Shown here: one piece after another, positions 10,701 to 19,783 of the stretch
How positions within the stretch are numbered: the stretch's first letter is position 1
Layout of the letters: each line of letters starts with the position of its first letter
From: Theionarchaea archaeon
GTDB taxonomy: Archaea; Methanobacteriota_B; Thermococci; Methanofastidiosales; SZ-28-30
DNA length: 49,095 bases
Assembly (NCBI GenBank): GCA_018992565.1
Contig: JACVGW010000012.1
Span: 1-49,095, forward strand
Direction of reading: 5' to 3'
The notes under the pieces: model-generated
Database searches by the model: none
The model's input: the letters and a program-made list of their open reading frames with translations, nothing else
Told to the model about the DNA's origin: nothing
Made by a program: the position numbers and the translations under genes

Positions 10701-11617
10701 CCGGGTGTTCCGGACCGCACACTTTCACTACACCCATGATATATACGCCACTTCAGTACCACGCAGGCTACGTGGCAGAAACAGATTATGGTGTAGTCCT
10801 GGACGATGATGACATGTGGACAGGACACAATACCAGCTATGCAGGTACACGAAACGGAGTATTCCAGTTCAATTTGAACAACCTTCCCCCGAAATCCTAC
10901 ATCCAGAGTGTGCAGGTGGTTATCTTCAAGCAGGCAGATCAATTAGATAGTGGCCAGGCTGATACCTGGAGTTGTAACCTCATTGATTTCAGAGGAGACC
11001 TCTACCTTATGGGTACTGTAGGCAGTATCATGAATGCCCCCGTACTTGTAACGTTGACTCCCACCTGGACTACTGCACAGCTTCTGTCAGATGCTTCAGG
11101 TACAATGTATACCTTGACTATCAGCGACCCCTCGCAGCTCAAATTCTTCAACAAGACTGGTTGTGCCAACAGTCTCTTGACCTTCAGGTTGGACGGTGCA
11201 ACGACAGGAGACACCATCATGAGCTGGGATACAGGATTCCGACAAGATCTGGGCAGCCTTGGTGTATGTTACAAGCCACAGCTGATCATTACCTACGATG
11301 ATTCGGGCACCTGCGAAGATGTCTTTACCACTCCTCAGAACCCTTCACCTTCACTGTGCCCCCTGGCCAAGTACAATATTCGGCAAACACAGAACCTCAA
11401 AGAAGAAGCAGAATCTCTCCTTGCAGAAGCTCAAGGGCAGGGACTGGATACGTCTGCTGTGGAAGAGCTGATGAACGAAGCACAGAAGTTCCTAGAAATC
11501 GCTCAGCAGTTCTGCAATGAAGGTTCCAACTGTGTTGCTGGAAATTGGAATGTCCTCAAGGCCATGCAACTCTATAAGGAAGCCATTGACGAGCTCAACG
11601 AAGTGCTTGGAAAATAG
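7757..11617 (+). CDS. Secreted S8 (subtilisin-like) serine peptidase with C-terminal beta-sandwich/FN3-like domains
   Basis: Signal peptide; catalytic triad DTG, HGTHTSG, GTSMAAP; SNSWG, FSSWGP and KPDV motifs; FN3-like 'ITWDTDENAT...WG'. Confidence 0.92.
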   Translation: MDMQKSTKLVMAVALVLLLVGSGITYETKASGPRPVELQVNENSVLLRSASIDVRFADNLRGNQQLPVDGGYYLVHFKDMLGKDTASRFVLAVSQGNIKEYIGYSTYLCRLSSSHMAALNSMKEIDWIGPWKPEYKISPDVYETAKTTTTSEGMPFDGDQAPKFNELSQPENEFAITFFTGENSANYIPQIRAIGGYIHNYTAERMYVTLDREKVVQLADLNGVYFVERRYLMAPVNDNDTWIVQTNQLGNRKVFSNGITGSGQVVAISDTGIDADHLMFWDSVQGLPSHTYNAAQRKVLSYYNWYQTGVYTVATPYNYYNPGDGYYPGAADPMYNVYDWDIENPIGTNYAAGHGTHTSGTIAGEWVTGSVLPTWGITPTAGYDFYEGTAFQGKLVFQDLGRSDSPYVYGPPDLNDPTPAGTLNGVAFPGTVGLFPQAMADGAYIHSNSWGGGAYGAYDPYSRDVDEMMWANKNFLVVFSNGNDGPGTTTITPPATAKDCLSVGASETSNDGYGDNSEDVASFSSWGPTGGWGRIKPDVCAPGQIIFSGANNNVTDGTSPNDGLVGLQGTSMAAPGIAGCCALVREYFMTGSYTPVGSSTGFQAGGAFTPSAAMMKAVIINSAQPMTGYNIGGTIPGDGQGWGRVLLDNALYFSGDTQSLLIDDNTAGLDGAAIVQPFFKAYTAVVGPGGYLDVTMAYTDPPGTAGSAFQMVNYMYIEVDHPNGITYYLSGAGNFSGGWTVPNTAFIYPDTVQKVRINNPTPGLYTIFVVAFQTNQVTPGWNVQPYALSVSGNIVQSQGVVQFDQDYYGTTDTLGITLTDADLAGTGTASVTVSSAATGDSESVTVNETGGATGIFQGTLGCLPGTANPGNGQLEVSDPDTLTVTYNDASPAGTRTDTAQIDGVPPVITNVAANTCNGSSVEITWDTDENATTVVNWGTTTAYGNTISDSNLVLNHYVEFDGLQMGTTYYYEVCSTDQAGNSGCSGPHTFTTPMIYTPLQYHAGYVAETDYGVVLDDDDMWTGHNTSYAGTRNGVFQFNLNNLPPKSYIQSVQVVIFKQADQLDSGQADTWSCNLIDFRGDLYLMGTVGSIMNAPVLVTLTPTWTTAQLLSDASGTMYTLTISDPSQLKFFNKTGCANSLLTFRLDGATTGDTIMSWDTGFRQDLGSLGVCYKPQLIITYDDSGTCEDVFTTPQNPSPSLCPLAKYNIRQTQNLKEEAESLLAEAQGQGLDTSAVEELMNEAQKFLEIAQQFCNEGSNCVAGNWNVLKAMQLYKEAIDELNEVLGK

Positions 11618-11665
11618 AATCCTTTTCTTTTCTCTTTCTATTTTATTTCACCTTTTCTTATTGGA
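11618..11665 (+). terminator. T-rich archaeal terminator
   Basis: Multiple T tracts immediately after the S8 peptidase stop codon. Confidence 0.55.
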
Positions 11666-11766
11666 TCTTGTTGGCTATGTGTTACGCTCCCTAATCTTTT
11701 TGTAGGCTAGTCCATCCACCAGATCCGCCAGTAAACCTTTAAAAATGCAGCTCTCAACACATATAC

Positions 11767-13236
11767 ATGCTTGGCAAGGTAATCTCATCCTCTACCCAGA
11801 CAGTACAGTTTCGGATTCATGACGCAGAGGAATTTGAGAACGTGAAAGTAGGCGATCTGGTAGTTATTGAATCAAAATATATATATCTGGCAAGAATAAA
11901 CGAATTGGAAGCCAGGCACCTGGGTGAATCTGTTCTTCCTGACAAGATTGCAGCCCTCACCTTTTCTGACACTGTGGATTCTATTCAGGGAGTGTATGGT
12001 CCTCAATTCTACTATACGGCTCTTGCCAGTCTCCTGGGCATCCTGGATGAGAATTCAAGGCGCATCAGGGGAGCAAAATCCCTTCCTAAATACCTCGCGC
12101 CTGTTCGCAGAGTGACAGAAGAAGATCTCGCCTTCCTGCCTACAGGAGTGTCTCAGATCTGTGTAGGAACAGTGAGAGATATGTCAGTTCCAATTCACCT
12201 GGATGTTGATACCTTTGTTTCCAAACACGCAGGTGTTTTTGGGAAAACGGGTTCAGGTAAGTCCAATGCAGTAAAAGTCATTCTGAGAGAAGTGAAAGCT
12301 CGATCCATTGCAACAGTTGTATTTGACGTCCACTCTGAATATGGATACCACCCAGTCGGCCTGGGGGGACTGGAAAACGTATTTGTTCTGGGATTGAGAG
12401 GAGCTGAGTGTGATGTTTCCTTGCATATCCCCCGTACTCTGATTAACCCTTCAGAATTGGCAGCTATTACAGACATCACATCAGCACAGCAGGATGCACT
12501 TGATTTGATCCACAACAGGGAAAGAGACTGGCTGGACTACCTTGCCACGCGGGGAGCAGAACACATTTATGAGGACTTCGAGAAGGAAATCCACCTCGAG
12601 ACAATATCTGCTCTAAAGAGGAAAGTGTCCCGCATCACCCATTACGAATTTGTTGGAGAGCAGTTCGATTCTCTCACTTACATATTGAAGAAGATATCTC
12701 AAGGGGGGACAGTTATCATTGATTTTGGTGAATACGAGAACAATGACTGGGTGATCCGCCTGGTGTCCAGCATTGTGGGACGGTATTTACTCAACCAATT
12801 CAGAACAGCGCGCAGGAAAAATAACCCCTTGCCAAAGACCCTGCTGGTTTTGGAAGAAGCCCACAAGCTCTTGAGCAAGGAACTGGCACGTGGGACTGTT
12901 TTCGAGAAAATCGTACGAGAAGGCAGGAAATTCAATTTGGGATTATGTATTATTGACCAGATGCCCAAGAAAATACTGGATGAGATAATTTCACAGTTGA
13001 ATACTATCATTATTCTCCTCTTGACAAACCTCAAAGACAGGGAGCAGTTGATTAATTCTTCAGAGAATGATCTCACTGATTTAAAAGAAGAAATGAAAAG
13101 ACTGGACATTGGAGAGGCTATCATCACTGGAATTTCAGTTCCCATACCCATCCCAGCTCAAATTGATCTATTTGACAGGAGAACTCTGGAGAAAAAAGAG
13201 GAAAAAGAAGAGTTCAGGGAATTCGACTGGAACTAG
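11767..13236 (+). CDS. herA: HerA/FtsK-like ATPase (HAS barrel + DUF87)
   Basis: Walker A GKTGSGKS, VFDVHSEY, Walker B LEEAH, REGRKF and Q motif; N-terminal HAS-barrel pattern. Confidence 0.9.
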   Translation: MLGKVISSSTQTVQFRIHDAEEFENVKVGDLVVIESKYIYLARINELEARHLGESVLPDKIAALTFSDTVDSIQGVYGPQFYYTALASLLGILDENSRRIRGAKSLPKYLAPVRRVTEEDLAFLPTGVSQICVGTVRDMSVPIHLDVDTFVSKHAGVFGKTGSGKSNAVKVILREVKARSIATVVFDVHSEYGYHPVGLGGLENVFVLGLRGAECDVSLHIPRTLINPSELAAITDITSAQQDALDLIHNRERDWLDYLATRGAEHIYEDFEKEIHLETISALKRKVSRITHYEFVGEQFDSLTYILKKISQGGTVIIDFGEYENNDWVIRLVSSIVGRYLLNQFRTARRKNNPLPKTLLVLEEAHKLLSKELARGTVFEKIVREGRKFNLGLCIIDQMPKKILDEIISQLNTIIILLLTNLKDREQLINSSENDLTDLKEEMKRLDIGEAIITGISVPIPIPAQIDLFDRRTLEKKEEKEEFREFDWN

Positions 13237-13309
13237 GCTGGCACTCAGGACTCGCATGAGATGAGAAGCCCTGGCAAACATTTAAATGTGCTTTCTGGAA
13301 ATGATGACT

Positions 13310-13648
13310 ATGAAAGTGTTTGATTATACTGAAATTCCAGCCCAGAAAGCTGAAGAAGGTGCCAGTAGCGTAACAGTGCGCTGGCTCATCACCAAGGATA
13401 CAGGCGCACCTCATTTCGCCATGCGGCTTTTTGAAATGGGTGTTTCAGGATACAGTCCATACCACGAGCACGATTGGGAACATGAAGTGTTCATCCTGGA
13501 AGGAGAAGGCATTGTGAGAAGTGAACAGGGAGATCACCCTTTCAAACCTGGTACGGTGGTTTTTATCCCACCCAATGAAAAGCACCAGTTCCGGAACACG
13601 GGGAAGACTCCGGTGCGCTTTCTGTGCTTGATCCCCTATAAGACGTGA
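13310..13648 (+). CDS. Cupin-domain protein
   Basis: HEHDWEHEVFILEGEG and FIPPNEKHQFRN cupin motifs. Start could be 13301 or 13310. Confidence 0.88.
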   Translation: MKVFDYTEIPAQKAEEGASSVTVRWLITKDTGAPHFAMRLFEMGVSGYSPYHEHDWEHEVFILEGEGIVRSEQGDHPFKPGTVVFIPPNEKHQFRNTGKTPVRFLCLIPYKT

Positions 13649-13652
13649 TTTC

Positions 13653-14759
13653 ATGGCTGCAGACATTCATCTGGCCCGGATGGCCAAGGTGCTGGTGGAT
13701 TATTCTGCAGAGATCAAAGAGAAAGACAAGGTCATGATACAGGGCACAGTACTGGCTGCCCCCCTCATAGAAGCACTCTACAAGGAACTGATAGTGAAAG
13801 GAGCGTACCCTGAGTTGCTCCTTCTGATGGACAATATTGAGACAATCTTCTACACATATGCGCAGGACCACCAGCTCACCTATGTGTCCCCTTTCAGAAA
13901 GTACTATGTAGAGAATGTGGACATCATTATCAGCATTATTGCAGACTACAATACAAAATGTCTGACAGCTGTACCTCCAGCAAAGATTGCCCAGAGAGCG
14001 AAAGCCAACCAGGAGATCAACACTACCATCTTTGAAAGGACATATCAGGGGCAGATGAAATGGACTCTCACCTTGTTTCCCACCCATGCTCTGGCTCAGG
14101 AGGCTTCCATGTCGCTCATGGAATATGAGGAGTTTGTGTACAAGGCATGTTTTCTGGACAAAGAGGACCCTGTGGCAGCATGGAGGGAGCTGTCCAGAAA
14201 CCAGGAAAAGGTGGTCTCATTCTTGCAGGGTAAATCAGAGCTGCACATCCTGGGAGAAGACACCGATCTCACTGTCAGTGTCAAGGGGAGAACCTGGGTC
14301 AACTCTGATGGTCGTCGAAATTTCCCCTCTGGCGAGGTGTTCACCAGCCCTGTGGAGACCTCTGCTGAAGGTCGTATCCGCTTCACATACCCAGGGATCT
14401 ATATGGGGAAAGAAGTTGAAGACATCACCTTAACCTTTGAGAAGGGTCAGGCGGTTGAAGCTTCGGCTCAGAAGGGTGATGACCTGTTGCAGGAAATGCT
14501 CAATACAGATGAGGGTGCCAGAAGACTGGGAGAGGTTGCCATTGGCACTAATTACGGGATTACGCAGTTTACCAAGAACATCCTGTTCGACGAGAAAATT
14601 GGGGGGACGATGCACCTGGCAGTTGGCCGCTCTCTGCCCGATGCTGGAGGACAGAACAATTCAGCCATCCACTGGGACCTGATAAAGGACATGAAGCGGG
14701 ACAGCCAGATCTATGCAGATGGTGAATTATTCTACGAGAATGGCGTTTTTGTGTTCTGA
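13653..14759 (+). CDS. M29-family aminopeptidase (AmpS/AmpT-like)
   Basis: NFPSGEVFTSP, LGEVAIG, LFDEKIGGTMHLAVG and SAIHWD motifs. Confidence 0.92.
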   Translation: MAADIHLARMAKVLVDYSAEIKEKDKVMIQGTVLAAPLIEALYKELIVKGAYPELLLLMDNIETIFYTYAQDHQLTYVSPFRKYYVENVDIIISIIADYNTKCLTAVPPAKIAQRAKANQEINTTIFERTYQGQMKWTLTLFPTHALAQEASMSLMEYEEFVYKACFLDKEDPVAAWRELSRNQEKVVSFLQGKSELHILGEDTDLTVSVKGRTWVNSDGRRNFPSGEVFTSPVETSAEGRIRFTYPGIYMGKEVEDITLTFEKGQAVEASAQKGDDLLQEMLNTDEGARRLGEVAIGTNYGITQFTKNILFDEKIGGTMHLAVGRSLPDAGGQNNSAIHWDLIKDMKRDSQIYADGELFYENGVFVF

Positions 14760-14874
14760 TTAACGCTTTAAATCTGGACCAGTTCAGGAGCCATACCACT
14801 CTCAATGCAGAATTGGCGTTGAAGGTTGTCCATGATACAGAAAACCATTTAAATGGACAGGGGAGAAGAGGGTC

Positions 14875-15276
14875 ATGGATTGTAAGTATTGCCGCATAGC
14901 TGCAAATCAATATCCTGCTCATATCCTCTATGAGGATGAGAATGTCGTGGCATTTCTGGTAGAGAACCCTGTATCCAAAGGACATTCTGTGGTAGTCCCC
15001 AGAGAACATGCAGAACGGTACACTGAGATACAGAATGTATCAGGGTTTGCTCGCGGATTGAAGAATTTTCTGCTGCTCATGGAGGAATATATCTGTCCTG
15101 ACCTGCACATTGTAGTCAATCCTGGAAGGAAGGGAGGACAGAATAATCTCCACTTCCAGATGCACATTATTCCTCAGTATGAAGGTGAGAAGATATTTGA
15201 GTGGACCTGGCACCAGCTGACAGAGGATGAAGTGGAGGAAATAACCCGAAAAGTAAAAAATAAAAGTAAGGATTAA
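14875..15276 (+). CDS. HIT-family protein with variant triad (H-F-Q-M-H)
   Basis: CxxC start, 'LYEDE', 'GHSVVVPREH' and 'GQ...HFQMHIIP'. Confidence 0.85.
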   Translation: MDCKYCRIAANQYPAHILYEDENVVAFLVENPVSKGHSVVVPREHAERYTEIQNVSGFARGLKNFLLLMEEYICPDLHIVVNPGRKGGQNNLHFQMHIIPQYEGEKIFEWTWHQLTEDEVEEITRKVKNKSKD

Positions 15277-16181
15277 CCCGTGGAAAGAGCCTCAATGACC
15301 TTGTGAGCTACTTCTATTCCAGCCTTCTCCTGGGCTTCTTCAGTTGAACCTGCAATGTGAGGAGTCAGCACGATATGTGGTGCAGTGAGCAGCGGCGATC
15401 CAGTAGGAGGTTCCTGTTCAAATACATCCAGAGCTGCCTCCACATCCCCTGCGATGAGGGCAGCACAGAGTGCTTTCTCATCTATGACTCCTCCTCGAGA
15501 TGTATTGATAAGAAGTGCTCCTTTTTTCATGGTTCTCAGTTGCTGTTCAGATATCATATTGCGGGTGGATGGGAGCAAGGGTACGTGGAGCGTCAGAAAG
15601 TCGCTTTCCTGAAGCAGGGTCTCCAGCGTAACCACTTCAGCACCAACCTCCTGTGCCCGCTGCGAGATGTCAATCACATCGTACGCCAGCACCCGCATCT
15701 TGAATCCCTTGGCAATTTCTCCCAGGCGTGACCCTATTCTCCCGAACCCAATGATGCCCAGAGTCTTCCCGTACAGCTCCCGCCCCATCAGCTGCTTCTT
15801 GATCCAGTTCCCCTCTCTCAAGGCCTGATCCGCACGGGGCACATCTCTGGCCTTGGACAGGAGGAGTGCAAAAACATGTTCCGCCACAGATTCAGTGCTG
15901 GCTTCGGGAGTGTTGACCACGTGTATCCCACGCGACCTGGCATACTCCACATCGATGTTATCAAGACCAACACCTGCCCGGCCTATCACTTTCAAGTTGG
16001 TAGCCGCGTCAATGATCTTCTGCGTGATCTGAGGTTTTGACCTGACGATCACAGCTTCATATTCAGGGACTTTCTTGAGGATTTCTTCTTCTTTAAGGTC
16101 GTAAGCCTCTTCTACTTCAGCATGCTCTCTGAGTACACGTAACCCCTCAGGGTGCAATTTTGCCAGTACCAATACTTTCAT
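15273..16181 (-). CDS. serA: D-3-phosphoglycerate dehydrogenase / D-2-hydroxyacid dehydrogenase (short form, no ACT domain)
   Basis: RAGVGLDNID, GIIGFGRIG, INTSRGG and TPHIAGST. RBS GGGTGA precedes ATG 16181. Confidence 0.8.
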   Translation of the reverse strand: MKVLVLAKLHPEGLRVLREHAEVEEAYDLKEEEILKKVPEYEAVIVRSKPQITQKIIDAATNLKVIGRAGVGLDNIDVEYARSRGIHVVNTPEASTESVAEHVFALLLSKARDVPRADQALREGNWIKKQLMGRELYGKTLGIIGFGRIGSRLGEIAKGFKMRVLAYDVIDISQRAQEVGAEVVTLETLLQESDFLTLHVPLLPSTRNMISEQQLRTMKKGALLINTSRGGVIDEKALCAALIAGDVEAALDVFEQEPPTGSPLLTAPHIVLTPHIAGSTEEAQEKAGIEVAHKVIEALSTG

Positions 16182-16186
16182 GAGTA

Positions 16187-16417
16187 TCACCCATACGAAC
16201 CTAGGGAAAAGCTGTAGTCACAAAAAGGGCATTTGAAGGGTTCTGTTGTCACATAAAAATCCTTGTCACATTGGGGACAGTGGATTTTCTTGGCATTTCT
16301 GGGCAGTTCCAGGTCTTTAGGGAACATTCTCCCTCTGCATCGCGGGCAAAATGGCTCTTCCTTGCCTTCAACATACACTACCGTATGACAGCTTTCACAT
16401 TCATGCGCAGTAATCAT
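16187..16417 (-). CDS. Small double zinc-ribbon protein
   Basis: Four CxxC pairs (CESC, CPRC, CPQC, CPFC). RBS AAGGTGA; lies within the pyrG-phi-serA run. Confidence 0.75.
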   Translation of the reverse strand: MITAHECESCHTVVYVEGKEEPFCPRCRGRMFPKDLELPRNAKKIHCPQCDKDFYVTTEPFKCPFCDYSFSLGSYG

Positions 16418-16433
16418 ACTGTTCACCTTTACT

Positions 16434-17063
16434 CTACTCTAATACTGCGTGTCTCGCCTTCATATCCTTTTCGCCTTTCTCAAGCACTTCCATCAAGGAG
16501 GCTACAATGCCTTCCAGGAAGATCATGCAGCAGTCCTCGAACAAGGTACCCATGGGAGTGAGTTGTTGATACGGATGGAGCTCCCGCTCAATATAAGAGA
16601 CAGGTACATCGTCCTTGGTTCTCCCTTTGACAATGACCAGGCAATCTGCAGTCTTACCCAGGGATGAACTGGGATACGAGGTGATGGTTACCACCTTTCC
16701 TCCTCGCTGCTTGGCCACACGGGCAGATGTCAGCACTGAATTGGTTTCCCCTGATCCGGAGATGGCTATCAGGACATCCTGGTCTGTGAAAGCAGGAGTC
16801 GTCGTCTCTCCCACCACAAACACATTCAGATCCAGGTGCATCAATCGCATGGCAAATGCTCTCCCCACCAGACCAGATCTCCCGGCTCCCATAATAAAGA
16901 TCTTGCGAGCCTCCAGAAGCGTCCTGATCATCTGGTCAATGTCTTCATCTCGGATACGGTCTATGTAGGACCTCACATGATCCAGAATACTGATCATGCA
17001 TTGCTTGACAGTCTCGGCTTGTTCTCCGTAGTTCATTTCATTTACCTTTTTTGTCTCAATCAT
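16434..17063 (-). CDS. hxlB: 6-phospho-3-hexuloisomerase (Phi/HxlB)
   Basis: [29 protein letters not shown] and C-terminal RHAVLE. Start is 17063 or 17036. Confidence 0.92.
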   Translation of the reverse strand: MIETKKVNEMNYGEQAETVKQCMISILDHVRSYIDRIRDEDIDQMIRTLLEARKIFIMGAGRSGLVGRAFAMRLMHLDLNVFVVGETTTPAFTDQDVLIAISGSGETNSVLTSARVAKQRGGKVVTITSYPSSSLGKTADCLVIVKGRTKDDVPVSYIERELHPYQQLTPMGTLFEDCCMIFLEGIVASLMEVLEKGEKDMKARHAVLE

Positions 17064-18627
17064 GCCTTTCACCCATTGCTTTGACGAATCCCACAAATGG
17101 CGGAGACGGATTCTCCAATCGTGACTTGAATTCAGGATGAAACTGGGTTCCCAGGAAGAACGGATGAGTTTTCAATTCTCCGGCTTCCATTTTCTTGATG
17201 TCTGATGATCTGGCTGAGAAAGTGAGACCTCCATCTTCTAGGAAAGGAATGAACTCGGGGTTGACCTCGTACCGGTGCCTGTGGCGTTCCCGGATCACGT
17301 TCTCATTGTACAGTGAGTGAATGAGGGTGTCTTTCTCCAGAAGGATGTCAGTATCCGCTCCCAGCCTCATGGTACCCCCCATGTTGTCTATACTACGCTG
17401 TTCAGGAAGAAGATCAATAACGGGCGTACATGCTATTGCCAGTTCACGGGCCACCTCCGTGCTGTTGGCGTCCTCCATTCCCAGGAACCGTGCATACTCC
17501 ACACAGGCCAGCTGAAACCCATAGCACAACCCCAAAAAGGGAATTTCATGCTCGCGAGCGTACCTGACTGCCTGTATCTTTCCCTCAACGCCGCGGGAAC
17601 CAAATCCGCCTGGAACCAGAATGCCATCGACATGGGCAAATGATGAATCTTCCACTGTCTCAGTATCCAGCATTTCGATTTCCACGTCGATTCCTGTGGC
17701 AAATGAGGCATGCTTCAGGGCTTCTTTTATAGAGATGTATGAATCCGGCAGGTCAACGTACTTCCCCGCCAGACCCAGGTGGACAGTTTTCTCCATCTTT
17801 TTGGAGATAATGGATTTCCAGCGGTTGAGATCGGGTTTTCGTCTTAATCCAATGGTGCGAATGATCTTTTCTCCCACTTTTTGCTCGTTAAGGACCAGTG
17901 GGATCTTGTATATGTCATCCACATCATGGTCACTTATCACCTGGTCTTCATGCACATTACAGAATAGGGCCAGTTTCCTGCGGGTCTTCTCCTCCAGCTC
18001 TTGATGGCATCTGCAGACGATCAGGTTTGGGGATATTCCCGCTTCCCGCAATGTCTTTACTGAGTGCTGGGTGGGTTTCGTCTTCTGTTCCCCCACGACG
18101 TCCAGGGAGGGAACCAGCGTGACGTGGATAAATATGACATCTTCCTCCAGAGAGAGTTGTCTCGCTGCTTCAAGAAAAGGCATTGACTCAATATCACCCA
18201 CTGTTCCTCCCACCTCTATCACGGTAAAATCCTGTTTCTCAGCCACAGAACGTATTTCTTCTGCAATCTCATTGATGACGTGGGGGATAACCTGCACCGT
18301 TTTCCCCAGATAGTCACCTCTCCTTTCCTTCTCGATAACCTGTAAATATACCTTACCTGTTGTAATGTTGTGATCACGGGTCAGGTTGACATTCAAGAAT
18401 CTCTCGTAATTACCCAAGTCGAGGTCAACCTCACCGCCATCTTCCATGACAAATACTTCCCCATGTTCAAAAGGGGACATAGTACCTGCATCAACATTCA
18501 AATATGGATCAATTTTGATGGCAGTGACTTTGTATCCCATGCTCTGCAGAATTTTTGCGACAGAGGCGGTGGTCACCCCTTTTCCTAGGCCTGACATCAC
18601 GCCGCCTGTGACCACAACATACCTCAT
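17056..18627 (-). CDS. pyrG: CTP synthase
   Basis: [39 protein letters not shown] and QFHPEF. Start reassigned to MRYVVVTGG. Confidence 0.97.
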   Translation of the reverse strand: MRYVVVTGGVMSGLGKGVTTASVAKILQSMGYKVTAIKIDPYLNVDAGTMSPFEHGEVFVMEDGGEVDLDLGNYERFLNVNLTRDHNITTGKVYLQVIEKERRGDYLGKTVQVIPHVINEIAEEIRSVAEKQDFTVIEVGGTVGDIESMPFLEAARQLSLEEDVIFIHVTLVPSLDVVGEQKTKPTQHSVKTLREAGISPNLIVCRCHQELEEKTRRKLALFCNVHEDQVISDHDVDDIYKIPLVLNEQKVGEKIIRTIGLRRKPDLNRWKSIISKKMEKTVHLGLAGKYVDLPDSYISIKEALKHASFATGIDVEIEMLDTETVEDSSFAHVDGILVPGGFGSRGVEGKIQAVRYAREHEIPFLGLCYGFQLACVEYARFLGMEDANSTEVARELAIACTPVIDLLPEQRSIDNMGGTMRLGADTDILLEKDTLIHSLYNENVIRERHRHRYEVNPEFIPFLEDGGLTFSARSSDIKKMEAGELKTHPFFLGTQFHPEFKSRLENPSPPFVGFVKAMGERHD

Positions 18628-18896
18628 GTCAAATGGTATTGGATCATGCTTAAATAGGTTTTGGTTCTCTGTCATTCTGCCGACTGGCATGATCACTATC
18701 TGGGGTCATTGAACCTGTGTAGATCACACATCCTGGAAAGCAACAGACATTGTGAGCTTGAAAGAGACTAAATTCTGATATATATTTCTCTTTATATTTT
18801 AATATTGTGATTCGAAATACTCAATGTGATTTCGCAAAATACTATGAAGTCGTCTGACCTCTATTTATAGAGTATACTTGCTTTTTCTGCAGAAAT

Positions 18897-19079
18897 TTGC
18901 TTTTTTGTACTTTCGAGTTCATTGTACTGGATAAGAACGGCAACATACTGTGGACTGATCGGAGTCTGGACAGTATTTATGCAGTCGCAATCAGTCCTGA
19001 TGGAATCTATATGGCTTACAGTAATGGTCTTGGGAAGTCATACACATTCTCCAACCCACCAGAACAGAAGAGCTCCTGA
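18897..19079 (+). pseudogene. Fragment of a WD40/PQQ-like beta-propeller gene (last blades only)
   Basis: 'LDKNGNILW...VAISPDG' blade motifs in a 60-aa ORF with a TTG start and no RBS, inside AT-rich sequence. Confidence 0.5.
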
Positions 19080-19273
19080 TGACAATCGAATGCTGAATCT
19101 CAGTGAGAAGAGAAGGTTATTGTTTCTTCTTTTTCTCTTTTGCCTATTATGATATGTCGCTGCATCACCTTGGGATCTCTTTGCTGAATCAGGAACTCAC
19201 AGGGATAAATCTTTTATATAAGAAGAGTTTAGGTACTGCAGCTAACCACCCGGCAGAAAAGAGGAGGAATAGC

Positions 19274-19777
19274 ATGATTGAGATAAAAATCCGTCCCTAT
19301 GCTTCAGAAGACTTAGAAGAATGCAGAACCTTATGGGAAGAACTCACCCAGCATCATCGAGAAATCTATGATGATCCCTCCATTGGTGGAGACAACCCTG
19401 GACTGTACTTCGACAAGCATTTATCAGATGTGGGTGCTGATCATATCTGGGTTGCAGAGTTCTCTGGTGATGTCGTAGGAATGACCGGACTGATCATAGA
19501 AGGTCAGGAAGCGGTAATAGAACCTGTCATAGTCAGCCGTGAATATCGCGCCCGGGGAATCGGCAGGGCCTTAGTTGCCCGTGCAGTACGGGAAGCTCAA
19601 ACCCTTGGCATCTGCTATGTATCCGTAAAGCCTGTGGCAAGGAATGTACATGCACTATCTTTCTTTCATGAATGTGGATTCCAGATAGTGGGTCACATCG
19701 ACCTATTTGTGGACCTCTCGATAAAAGGCAAATGGAAAGAAGGGTTATCCTTGTTTGACAATGATTTCAAGTATTAA
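19274..19777 (+). CDS. GNAT-family N-acetyltransferase
   Basis: Motif A 'VSREYRARGIGRAL' and 'NVHALSFFHECGF'. RBS GAGGAGG precedes ATG 19274. Confidence 0.88.
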   Translation: MIEIKIRPYASEDLEECRTLWEELTQHHREIYDDPSIGGDNPGLYFDKHLSDVGADHIWVAEFSGDVVGMTGLIIEGQEAVIEPVIVSREYRARGIGRALVARAVREAQTLGICYVSVKPVARNVHALSFFHECGFQIVGHIDLFVDLSIKGKWKEGLSLFDNDFKY

Positions 19778-19783
19778 GAAGAA

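Noticed and set aside
7757..11617. S8 peptidase as the RiPP leader peptidase
   Set aside because: It is 13 kb away, separated by housekeeping genes, with no evidence of linkage.
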